Position numbers and translations under genes: made by a program
In this document: positions 1-7,784 of the stretch, piece after piece
Layout: each line of letters opens with the position of its first letter
Numbering within the stretch: the first letter of the stretch is position 1
Notes under the pieces: model-generated
Databases searched by the model: none
What the model was told of the DNA's origin: nothing
What the model saw: only the letters and a program-made list of their open reading frames with translations
IMG/VR virus record: IMGVR_UViG_3300032277_000029
Coordinates: 1-37,640 of that record
From: a virus
Taxonomy: Duplodnaviria; Caudoviricetes
Strand: one strand, 5' to 3'
DNA: 37,640 nucleotides

Positions 1-120
1 CGCTGCATCCGCAACGGGCAATCGGGGCGCTGCATCCGCAACGGGCGATTGGGGCGCTGCATCCGCAACGGGCTATCAGGGCGCTGCATCCGCAACGGGC
101 AATCAGGGCGCTGCATCCGC
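1..120. repeat. Terminal direct overlap, identical to 37521-37640 (circular assembly)
   Basis: Base-by-base identity, including the order of variable repeat units NR-DW-YQ-NQ. Confidence 0.95.
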
Positions 121-319
121 AACGGGCGATTGGGGCGCTGCAATGTCTTCTGGGCATGAAGGCAAGGCGAAGGGTGTTGAGGGCAATGCCCTGTTCCTTT
201 GTGAGCGTGATAGCGAAATGCAAATCACTGCCGTCTGGGCGGGTATCGTCGGAAAAGACGGGATTGAGCCGGACACCTACTACACCCTGACCGATGGCAA
301 GCCAGTGGTGACATCATGA
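2..319 (+). CDS. C-terminal part of the repeat-containing protein that starts at 36943 (DUF7666-like phage protein)
   Basis: Frame 2 reads AASATGNRG...AAMSSGHEGKAKGVEGNALFLCERDSEMQITAVWAGIVGKDGIEPDTYYTLTDGKPVVTS*; its TGA overlaps the ATG at 316. Confidence 0.88.
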   Translation, partial: AASATGNRGAASATGDWGAASATGYQGAASATGNQGAASATGDWGAAMSSGHEGKAKGVEGNALFLCERDSEMQITAVWAGIVGKDGIEPDTYYTLTDGKPVVTS

Positions 320-504
320 GCGCATGGAAGCACCCGCCCCGCCCGTCACGCGAAAGCCAATGGCAAAGCATCTGCAAGATGGCCCTGTGGTTTCCGGCGC
401 TGTTCATCTTCATGGCCCTTTTGATCGCCGCCTTTGCCCCTGCAATCGCCGCTGTTGAGGGCAATTACATTCACACCGAATGCCGGAATGATCCGGCCTG
501 CTGA
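316..504 (+). CDS. Small membrane or secreted hypothetical protein
   Basis: ATGA coupling with the upstream gene; one hydrophobic segment. Confidence 0.65.
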   Translation: MSAWKHPPRPSRESQWQSICKMALWFPALFIFMALLIAAFAPAIAAVEGNYIHTECRNDPAC

Positions 505-515
505 GAGGAAACGAT

Positions 516-1664
516 ATGATTGTTTTTCGGAACAAAGGCGCAATTGATTTACGCGCACTTACCACATTTGGCCTTTCAAGTAAGGCTGGCCAAGACAAAA
601 TTGGGCGATTTGGCACCGGGCTAAAGTACGCGACCGCTGTCATTGTTCGCAATGGCGGCAAGGTTTCATTCTTCAATGGTGATGGCTGGAAAGTCACTGG
701 TACCCGGGAAGACATGTTTCGTGACCAGGCAGTTATGCAGATCACCTTCGACGATGCGGACCTGCCATTCACGACTGACCTTGGCCGAGATTGGGAGGTT
801 TGGATGGCTTTCCGCGAATTGTATTCCAACGCGCTGGATGAAGAAGGCACCGTTTCGCGCACCGATGATCTGCCGGATTCTGACAGTGATGAAACAATAA
901 TCGCCGTGGATCTTGACGCCTTTGAGGCAATCTATTTCTCCATGGAGGAGCATTTCATCGGTGCCGATGAGGAGCCGGTGTATGCCACGGATAGCTTTGA
1001 GGTCTATCGCGGGCGGTCACAGTTTGTCTTCTATAGAGGTATCGCGATCCAAAAACTGAAATACCCAGCCGCGTACCGATACAATCTCAAGGGCTATGTG
1101 GACCTGACGGAAGATCGCACCGCGAAATATAACTGGCAGGTTCAGAATCGTATCGCATCGGGCATTTTGCTTTGCACGAACACAGACATTGCCACAGCGG
1201 CATGTGACCAGCGCAATGAATACGAGGCATCAATTGATTTCTCAGATGTTGGCGACAAGCCTTGCGAGGTCTTTCTTGGGGCGGCGGTCTCTCTCGCTGA
1301 AAACTGCAATCCGACCGCGACCGCCATTGTAAGGGCGCAATTGCCCTCTGATGGCTCTACCGCAACCATCTTGCAAAAAGGCGCACCTGGAGCCGAAAAG
1401 CTCTCGGAATCCCTTGGGCTTCTTCGCAACATTGGGGCTGATCTGTCAAAGGCCAAGTTCGTGCTGGCAGAAGGCATCCCAATATATCGAGATTTCGACG
1501 TGAGGGGTGACGCGGTTTTTATCTCGGAAGATATTTTTGAGAAACAAGATCGCATGAATCTTGCCGTGGTTGAGGGATATTCAGGTGTCATCGGTGGCAA
1601 CTGGATGGCCAGACAACTTATCGCAAAAGCACAAGCCCCCACACCACAAGCTGAGAAAGGATAA
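516..1664 (+). CDS. GHKL-type (HATPase_c-like) ATP-binding protein with permuted motif order
   Basis: IGRFGTGLK (G2 box) and RELYSNALDE (N box); RBS GAGGA. Confidence 0.75.
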   Translation: MIVFRNKGAIDLRALTTFGLSSKAGQDKIGRFGTGLKYATAVIVRNGGKVSFFNGDGWKVTGTREDMFRDQAVMQITFDDADLPFTTDLGRDWEVWMAFRELYSNALDEEGTVSRTDDLPDSDSDETIIAVDLDAFEAIYFSMEEHFIGADEEPVYATDSFEVYRGRSQFVFYRGIAIQKLKYPAAYRYNLKGYVDLTEDRTAKYNWQVQNRIASGILLCTNTDIATAACDQRNEYEASIDFSDVGDKPCEVFLGAAVSLAENCNPTATAIVRAQLPSDGSTATILQKGAPGAEKLSESLGLLRNIGADLSKAKFVLAEGIPIYRDFDVRGDAVFISEDIFEKQDRMNLAVVEGYSGVIGGNWMARQLIAKAQAPTPQAEKG

Positions 1665-1669
1665 CCGCC

Positions 1670-2392
1670 ATGAACGCTGTTACCAAAACAGAACCGGAAC
1701 AGGCCGTGAGCGTCACTCACAAGTCTGTCTTTGAAGCCGTTGCCGCCTGCGTCCCAGAAGTGCGGACCATCGGCAAGAGTGACCGGAACAAATTCGACGG
1801 GTACGAATTCGCGTCTATCGACAAGTTCCTTGCGCTGGTTGGCCCTATCTGTGGGCGTCACGGCCTATTCCCAATGGTCAATCTGACCGGGACGGAGATG
1901 TATGAGAACCAGAACAGCAAGGGCGGCAAGGCCATGTGGTGCCGCTTTTCGTACACCATCACCCTGTACCATTCCAGCGGCGAACACTTGCCCGAAACGC
2001 CGATCATGGTGGCTGTACCTATGAATGGTGCGCAGGCCAGCGGATCGGCGCAGAGCTACGCGCTCAAGCAGTATTTCCGCAGCTTGTTCATGATTCCGAC
2101 TGGCGACAAGGATGATGCAGACCTGATCCCGACTGAGACACATACCGAAGTCACGGAAACAGAAAAAACCGTTTCGCCCGATCAGTTTATCAAACTGCGC
2201 GACAAGCTGGAAGAGGCTGGCGTTGATGAGGCGAAGGTTCTGGACGCAGCAGGTGCGCAGTCATTGCAGCAATTCCCTGCGTCTAAATTCACCGCGACGA
2301 TGAAAAAGCTGGATCTGACAATCGCAGCCAAGAAACCAGAAGAAAACGCCGACCTTGATGGCGACCAAATCCCCGAACATGAGGACGCATAA
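1670..2392 (+). CDS. erf: ERF-family single-strand annealing protein
   Basis: GSAQSYALKQYFRSLFMIPTGDKDDAD matches the ERF signature; lies in the recombination module. Confidence 0.85.
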   Translation: MNAVTKTEPEQAVSVTHKSVFEAVAACVPEVRTIGKSDRNKFDGYEFASIDKFLALVGPICGRHGLFPMVNLTGTEMYENQNSKGGKAMWCRFSYTITLYHSSGEHLPETPIMVAVPMNGAQASGSAQSYALKQYFRSLFMIPTGDKDDADLIPTETHTEVTETEKTVSPDQFIKLRDKLEEAGVDEAKVLDAAGAQSLQQFPASKFTATMKKLDLTIAAKKPEENADLDGDQIPEHEDA

Positions 2393-3103
2393 ATGAACGT
2401 GCAAACCAAAATCGACACCGTTGCAGAACGCTACCGCACCCAGCGGTTTGTGTATTTCGACATTGAAACCATCCCCTGCCAGGATGAGGATTACCGCGCC
2501 GAACTGGCCCGCAAGGTCACTGCGACCGAGACCTACAAAAAGCAGGAAAGCATTGACAAATGGCTGGCCGAAAACCGCGAAAGCGCCGCTGATGAGGCGA
2601 TGGCAAAGACCAGCTTTGACGGTGGTCGCGGTCATGTCTGCACAATCGCATGGGCCAAGAATGACAGCGGCATCGAAGTGCGCCATGCCAAGACGATTGC
2701 CGATGAGCGCAACGTGATTGCCGACTTCTTTGCCGAGCTTGACCCGTATCACGCTGAGACACTTGTCGGCCATAACATCACGGGCTTTGATCTGGCGTTC
2801 CTGAAAAAACGGGCCGTTTGTCTTGGTATCGTCATGCCGGATGCGTCCAGCTTTCCCCGCGACCCGAAGCCTTGGGATAAATCGGTGCAAGACACCATGA
2901 GCATGTGGGCTGGCGGCACTGGCCGGATCAGCATGGACAATCTGTGCAAGGTTCTGGGTATCACCGGAAAAGATGGCTTTGACGGGTCTATGGTGGCCGA
3001 GGCTTGGGCCAACGGTGAACACGACAAAATTGCGGAGTATTGCAAAGACGACGTCTACCGCACTCGTGAAATTCATAAACGCTTTATCGCGGCGGGGTAC
3101 TGA
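2393..3103 (+). CDS. DEDD/RNase H-like 3'-5' exonuclease (PolB-exo-like)
   Basis: ExoI FDIET, ExoII HNITGFD, ExoIII YCKDD. Confidence 0.85.
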   Translation: MNVQTKIDTVAERYRTQRFVYFDIETIPCQDEDYRAELARKVTATETYKKQESIDKWLAENRESAADEAMAKTSFDGGRGHVCTIAWAKNDSGIEVRHAKTIADERNVIADFFAELDPYHAETLVGHNITGFDLAFLKKRAVCLGIVMPDASSFPRDPKPWDKSVQDTMSMWAGGTGRISMDNLCKVLGITGKDGFDGSMVAEAWANGEHDKIAEYCKDDVYRTREIHKRFIAAGY

Positions 3104-3105
3104 TC

Positions 3106-3477
3106 ATGCAGAAACTGTTTATCGCCGGAAATGTTGGGAAAGACGCTGTTCTGCGGCGCACTCAAAGCGGAGACCCAATCCTTGGGTTTTCTCTCGCCGT
3201 AGACAACGGGAAAGATAAGAACGGAAACCGCCGTGACAGCACATGGTATGACTGTTCGATTTGGGGCAAGCGGGCCGAAAGCCTTGAGCGCCACATCACC
3301 AAGGGTCTGAAACTGTCCTTGGCTGGGCGACCGACCGTCCGCGCCCATGAAGGCAAGGCGTATCTTGGCATCTCAGTGGATGATCTGACGTTTCAGGGTG
3401 GCGGATCTGGGGGGCAGTCTCAGGGCAACTATGACGCGCCACCTGCCCGTGACCTAGATGACGATTTGCCGTTTTGA
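3106..3477 (+). CDS. ssb: Single-stranded DNA-binding protein
   Basis: IAGNVGKDA OB-fold start, Gly-rich linker, acidic DDDLPF tail. Confidence 0.95.
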   Translation: MQKLFIAGNVGKDAVLRRTQSGDPILGFSLAVDNGKDKNGNRRDSTWYDCSIWGKRAESLERHITKGLKLSLAGRPTVRAHEGKAYLGISVDDLTFQGGGSGGQSQGNYDAPPARDLDDDLPF

Positions 3478-3899
3478 GCAACATGCGATCAGCAACAACA
3501 CCCGAACAAGCGGGGAGGCTGGCGGAGTGGGTGGAAGGTATGCCCATTCCGTTCACCCTGACCGTGAAAGAAGGCAAGGTGCGGACGCTTTCGCAGAACG
3601 CCCTCCTGCACAAGTGGTTCGGTGAAATTGCCAAGCAGACCCACGACACCGCCGATCAGGTGAAGCGGGAATGCAAGTTCTACCAAGGTTGCCCGATCCT
3701 GATGGCCGATGACCCGCAGTTCGTCGCCTTTCTAAGCAACCTGAAAAACCTGACCGTAGAGGAAAAGATAGCCGCGATGGATTACATCTCAGTAACGTCT
3801 GTAATGACCACCAAACAGCTATCCGCAATGTGCGATGCTGTTGAGGCGAAATATCTGCCCCAAGGCGTCAGGTTAACCCAGCCGGAGGCCAAGGCATGA
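3474..3899 (+). CDS. ninB: NinB/Orf-like recombination mediator
   Basis: RTLSQNALLHKWFGEIAKQ and C-terminal TSVMTTKQLS motifs; genomic context. Confidence 0.7.
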   Translation: MSNMRSATTPEQAGRLAEWVEGMPIPFTLTVKEGKVRTLSQNALLHKWFGEIAKQTHDTADQVKRECKFYQGCPILMADDPQFVAFLSNLKNLTVEEKIAAMDYISVTSVMTTKQLSAMCDAVEAKYLPQGVRLTQPEAKA

Positions 3900-4246
3900 A
3901 CATCACCGGACGCCCCATCTACCAAAAGGGCCAGAAGCCGCAGAAGTCCAAGCCGCTACGTGATGCCGCCCGCGATGCTGTCTGCGAATTGGGCATCCCC
4001 GGCATTTGCTGCAATGACCCCGCCCGCGTTGTTGGGTGCCATGTGTCAATTCCCGGCTTTTCCGCTGGCATGGCACAGAAAAACGATGACCTGTTTTTGA
4101 TAGATGGCTGCGATTGCTGTCACGCGGTTTTCGATAGCCGCGACAGGTTCGCCGCCGCGCCGATTGATTGGCTGGACGTGTTGCGGGCGATGATGCGCAG
4201 CCAGTCCCGGCGCAAGGCCGCTGGCCTGATTAAAGTAGAGGGGTAA
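3896..4246 (+). CDS. DUF1364/YbcO-like Zn-binding putative nuclease
   Basis: LRDAARDAVC-x6-C...CH...KNDD...CDCCH pattern. Confidence 0.75.
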   Translation: MNITGRPIYQKGQKPQKSKPLRDAARDAVCELGIPGICCNDPARVVGCHVSIPGFSAGMAQKNDDLFLIDGCDCCHAVFDSRDRFAAAPIDWLDVLRAMMRSQSRRKAAGLIKVEG

Positions 4247-4249
4247 GCT

Positions 4250-4321
4250 ATGACCAACCAACTGAAACAACTGTCCGCCGCCATCCTCGCCACCCCCACA
4301 CAAGGAGACAGCGATGAGTAA
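4250..4321 (+). CDS. 23-aa mini-ORF MTNQLKQLSAAILATPTQGDSDE (possible gene remnant)
   Basis: RBS GAGGGG; fills the gap between coupled genes; its stop overlaps the start of the next gene. Confidence 0.4.
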   Translation: MTNQLKQLSAAILATPTQGDSDE

Positions 4322-4667
4322 AGCACTGACAGACCTGCTGGCGAAAGTTGAGCTTGGGCAATTCGTGCCGCGCTTTGACGGACCTGAGCATTTTGTCTGG
4401 CCGGGCATGGAGGATGGCAACGCAATGAAGCGGCACCATCTCCGTTACGCTTATCACGGCTCACTCGATGCCGCAAAGGCACTGCACGAGGTGGTGCTGT
4501 CGGGGTGGGATATTCAAATCACAACTTACGAGGATGACTCATTTGAGGCGTCCGTTGCCTACCCTCTACGGGTGAAAACTTATGACGGGATTTCATCGCA
4601 TATGTCCCGCGCTTGGCTCATAGCCATCCTCAAAGCACTTATTGCAAAGGACCAAACCAATGACTGA
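4314..4667 (+). CDS. Hypothetical phage protein (possibly ABA-sandwich-like)
   Basis: RBS AAGGAG; YHGSLDAAKAL...W motif. Confidence 0.7.
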   Translation: MSKALTDLLAKVELGQFVPRFDGPEHFVWPGMEDGNAMKRHHLRYAYHGSLDAAKALHEVVLSGWDIQITTYEDDSFEASVAYPLRVKTYDGISSHMSRAWLIAILKALIAKDQTND

Positions 4668-4914
4668 TCCGACAGATCATTTTCAGCGGCAATGGGAGGA
4701 TATGGACCCAGCAACAGCGGAGATAAACCGCCTCCGCGACGAAAATGCCGCCCTGAAATCCTTGGTGCGTGACCTGATCCAAGGAGCGCGGCGGGATAGG
4801 TCAATCATCACCCCGAAACTTGACCCCCTCCACATTATCGAAACCAGAGTGACCAAGGGGCAGGTTCTCAGGGCGATTGAATTACTCAAAACGAAAGGTC
4901 AAACCAATGACTGA
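4660..4914 (+). CDS. Hypothetical coiled-coil protein
   Basis: ATG at 4660 after AAAGGA, overlapping the previous stop. Confidence 0.7.
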   Translation: MTDPTDHFQRQWEDMDPATAEINRLRDENAALKSLVRDLIQGARRDRSIITPKLDPLHIIETRVTKGQVLRAIELLKTKGQTND

Positions 4915-5368
4915 TACAGATACCGTGGAGCGGGTGGCGAAGGCTATCTTCGTGAAAGACTTCCCAAGCGGGAACGTCAAGGGGCGATGGGATGAGGTAT
5001 CGGAGCCGATGCGAGATGACTACCGAGCCTGCGCCCGCGCCGCCATAGCAGCCCTACCCCCTGCCGTGCCTGAGCTTGCGCGCCATCAGCCTTGCGGGTG
5101 TATTGTTTGTCGGTGCGAAAGTGATGAACAATGCAGTGGATGCGGGGCTAAAAACTGCGGCACTCATGCAGTAGGAGAGATACCAAACCCTGTTTACGTC
5201 ACCACACCGGACCCAGTGTCAGAGGCGGCGAAGGTGGGTAAATTGGTGCTAGCGGCCACACGCGCCTTTCACTGGATCGAAGGGATGGAGGGCAAGGGGA
5301 ACTCTCAAGTTTCAGTAGACTTGCGCGCTGCCCTACGCGCCATCACCAAAGACGGGGAGGATGGGTGA
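4907..5368 (+). CDS. Mosaic hypothetical protein with internal Cys-rich metal-binding segment
   Basis: ATG at 4907 after AAAGGT; HQPCGCIVCRC...CSGCGAKNCGTH. Confidence 0.75.
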   Translation: MTDTDTVERVAKAIFVKDFPSGNVKGRWDEVSEPMRDDYRACARAAIAALPPAVPELARHQPCGCIVCRCESDEQCSGCGAKNCGTHAVGEIPNPVYVTTPDPVSEAAKVGKLVLAATRAFHWIEGMEGKGNSQVSVDLRAALRAITKDGEDG

Positions 5369-5688
5369 TGATGGGCGAACGTCTAAGAGTAGCCAGAGCG
5401 CGAGCTAGAATGACCCTGCGAGATGTTGCCGAGGAATGCAACTGCACAGCCCAAGCGGTCAAAAGGTGGGAAGATGATGCTGCCATGCCGGATAGTCGCA
5501 AGTTCATCATTCTCTGCAAAGTACTTGACGTTTCGCCCGAATGGCTAATGGCAGGAACCCCGCTGGATTTCCACTCGACGGAAGAAGCCCCTCAAGGACG
5601 CCATGCAAAAAACTGGGCTCGTGAGGCAATTTCTGAAATGCGTGAGCTTGGATTAATCACCACGCCCAAGGAGACAGACAATGCGTGA
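5368..5688 (+). CDS. XRE-family helix-turn-helix regulator
   Basis: GERLRVARARARMTLRDVAEECNCTAQAVKRWE...LDVSPEWL; RBS GGAGG. Confidence 0.88.
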   Translation: MMGERLRVARARARMTLRDVAEECNCTAQAVKRWEDDAAMPDSRKFIILCKVLDVSPEWLMAGTPLDFHSTEEAPQGRHAKNWAREAISEMRELGLITTPKETDNA

Positions 5689-5995
5689 CCAGTTGGTAAA
5701 AATCATCGCGTCCGAAGTCGTGGGCCGAACAGCATCAAGTGGCGCACGGCTTGCCGCAGACGCAATCATCGCAGCCCTGCCGGATATGGTGCAGCCGTTG
5801 GTTTGGATGCGCAACGGCAGTCACTACGCTGGCGGGCATGGGTATGTCGTTCGAAAGTTTGGGGGCGTTTACATAATGACCTGCCGCAACAAATTCGAGC
5901 AGGAGTTCAACACGCTTGAAGCCGCCAAGGCCGCAGCCCAAGCCGACTACACCCGCCGCATTCTATCCGCCTTTGGCATTGCAGGAGATACATGA
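5681..5995 (+). CDS. Hypothetical phage protein
   Basis: RBS AAGGAG; translational coupling; TLEAAKAAAQADY tail. Confidence 0.75.
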   Translation: MRDQLVKIIASEVVGRTASSGARLAADAIIAALPDMVQPLVWMRNGSHYAGGHGYVVRKFGGVYIMTCRNKFEQEFNTLEAAKAAAQADYTRRILSAFGIAGDT

Positions 5996-6198
5996 TGGGA
6001 GAGTATGCAGAATATCAGCTTGCCCATGAAATGCGGAGAGGCTTCAAGCACCGCCCGCACTCAGGCGAAAAAAGCCCGATAGGTGGTCATTGCCCGCATT
6101 GCGGTAAGCCCATCCGAACAATCGCGGGGCGCATTGAGGAAAGCATGGCTCAACACATCAAGGCCAAACACCCTAACCCCCATACCGGAGACAAATGA
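5992..6198 (+). CDS. Small C2H2-like zinc-finger protein
   Basis: CPHC...HIKAKH; RBS AGGAG. Confidence 0.7.
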   Translation: MMGEYAEYQLAHEMRRGFKHRPHSGEKSPIGGHCPHCGKPIRTIAGRIEESMAQHIKAKHPNPHTGDK

Positions 6199-6407
6199 TG
6201 GCTGAAATAATAGTCGACCTATCAGAGCAAGACGTTTTGAACGCCTGTAAGATTTTCGCAGTGACCCGCGTCTTGAATGAAGGCCGGGCAACCAGAGCCT
6301 TAATAGCGGATGGCAAAGATGGGGTTACTGTCTCAGTGCGCGTCGAAACTGACCGCATGAGCAAAGATATGCCGCAATACGTGCCAAGCCCCCATACCGG
6401 AGACTGA
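6195..6407 (+). CDS. Hypothetical protein
   Basis: RBS GGAG; ATGA coupling. Confidence 0.65.
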   Translation: MMAEIIVDLSEQDVLNACKIFAVTRVLNEGRATRALIADGKDGVTVSVRVETDRMSKDMPQYVPSPHTGD

Positions 6408-6504
6408 GACCATGATGTACAGTTGCAAAACTAATGAGGTGAACAATGCGTGAAAGTGTAAACAGACCTTTTCTCAGCAAGATCCTGCGAAACATCGGCG
6501 CGGG

Positions 6505-6801
6505 GTGGCAGTGATGCTGGGGAAGCTACTCAAGCACCTGATGAACCGCCAAAACATCGCGCCAGATTTACCGAGCGGGCTAACTTGTTGCGTTCCGGGA
6601 TGCACCAATCAAGCCGTGGAGCAATGGATGCCTGCTGTCTGCGCCTTGCGCGAAGCTGACGTGCATGTCGATTGGGAGCATGTCTGTGCGGAGCATGACG
6701 TTGAGCTTAACGAAATGATGGTCAGGGCGATTTATGGCTCAATTTATGACCGCGAACTTGCTGTTTACAGAATGAAAAAGACCGAACTAGCACACGGATA
6801 A
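6505..6801 (+). CDS. Hypothetical Cys/His-containing protein (start may be 6514)
   Basis: CCVPGC...CAEH; same strand as its neighbours. Confidence 0.6.
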   Translation: MAVMLGKLLKHLMNRQNIAPDLPSGLTCCVPGCTNQAVEQWMPAVCALREADVHVDWEHVCAEHDVELNEMMVRAIYGSIYDRELAVYRMKKTELAHG

Positions 6802-6816
6802 ACCACAGGAAAGGAA

Positions 6817-7080
6817 ATGATGATGATCGAACCTAAGCAGTACCGCAAGAAACCAGTTGTGATTGAGGCAATCGAATGGACCGGGGCTAATTTTGAATAT
6901 GTAGACCTGTTCGCCGCTCAAACGGGGCGGGAGGTTACGCAAGAAGGGTCAACGCTGACCATCCCCACCCTAGAAGGTGATCATGAGGCTAGTTTGGGGG
7001 ATTTTATCATCCGTGGCGTTCAGGGCGAAATTTACCCCTGCAAGCCCGACATTTTCAACGCCACGTATGACCCAGCCTAA
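6817..7080 (+). CDS. Conserved small phage protein of the YRKKPV...YPCKPDIF family
   Basis: YRKKPVVIEA...TLEG...GDFIIRGVQGEIYPCKPDIF; RBS AAGGA. Confidence 0.85.
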   Translation: MMMIEPKQYRKKPVVIEAIEWTGANFEYVDLFAAQTGREVTQEGSTLTIPTLEGDHEASLGDFIIRGVQGEIYPCKPDIFNATYDPA

Positions 7081-7108
7081 CCCCACCCCCACCATAAGAG
7101 GAATAGAG

Positions 7109-7306
7109 ATGCCCCGCCGATGCCCTGACTGCAAAGCCGATATGCCAGACGATAGCCTTCATGCTTGGTGTGAAAATGGCGACTGCGACTTTCATGGCTA
7201 TGTCGTGGTCAAAACCGGAAAAATCCTGCGCGAAGACCCGCCAGAATGGCACCCCGGGATTGAATGTGAACACGGCTTTGATGCCTGCCCGATTTGTGAT
7301 GCTTAG
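7109..7306 (+). CDS. Small Cys-rich zinc-ribbon protein
   Basis: ATG at 7109 after GAGGA; CPDC...CENGDC...CEH...CPIC. Confidence 0.7.
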   Translation: MPRRCPDCKADMPDDSLHAWCENGDCDFHGYVVVKTGKILREDPPEWHPGIECEHGFDACPICDA

Positions 7307-7320
7307 GAAGGAATAGAGAT

Positions 7321-7482
7321 ATGAGCGGGGAACACTCCGGCCGTCAGGTGGTATCACCTGTAAAGGACGTGGAGGGGAGCAGTTATGCGCCCGATGAAGC
7401 GTTAACTCAACGGAAGTCAGGGCGCGGTGCCCGGCAGGCCAAAAATCCAAAAACAGACCATTGGAAGGATGTTAACCCATGA
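7321..7482 (+). CDS. Possible 53-aa ORF overlapping a structured segment
   Basis: RBS AAGGA; its TGA overlaps the ATG at 7479; composition is uninformative. Confidence 0.4.
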   Translation: MSGEHSGRQVVSPVKDVEGSSYAPDEALTQRKSGRGARQAKNPKTDHWKDVNP

Positions 7483-7784
7483 CAGCACCGGAACGGATAC
7501 TTGCTTGGAAAAATGAAAGAAATGACGGTGAAGGAGCATACCATGGCCCGGTTGAAGGCGATGTTGAGCCTACTGAGTTTATGACCACCGAATACACCCG
7601 CACAGACATTCACCAAGCCGCCCTAGACAGGATAGCGGAGCTTGAGGGGGAGTTAGAAGATATTGCAGGGATGGGTCACGATATGCCCATGACCCTAGAA
7701 CTGACAGATGAACAGTGGGCGCGGCGTAGAGCGGGAATCATGCAGCGGATCGCCCGCGCCGTGCTGGCTAAGGGGGATGGGTGA
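7479..7784 (+). CDS. Hypothetical phage protein
   Basis: MTAPERILAW...EYTRTD pattern followed by a coiled coil; RBS AAGGA. Confidence 0.75.
   Translation: MTAPERILAWKNERNDGEGAYHGPVEGDVEPTEFMTTEYTRTDIHQAALDRIAELEGELEDIAGMGHDMPMTLELTDEQWARRRAGIMQRIARAVLAKGDG

Noticed and set aside
1-120. Biological terminal repeat of T7 type
   Set aside because: It falls mid-gene inside a tandem repeat, which is better explained as an assembly overlap
7387-7425. Canonical hammerhead ribozyme
   Set aside because: The core reads CCGATGA/GAAG rather than CTGATGA/GAAA and stem III is missing; kept only as an unclassified hairpin
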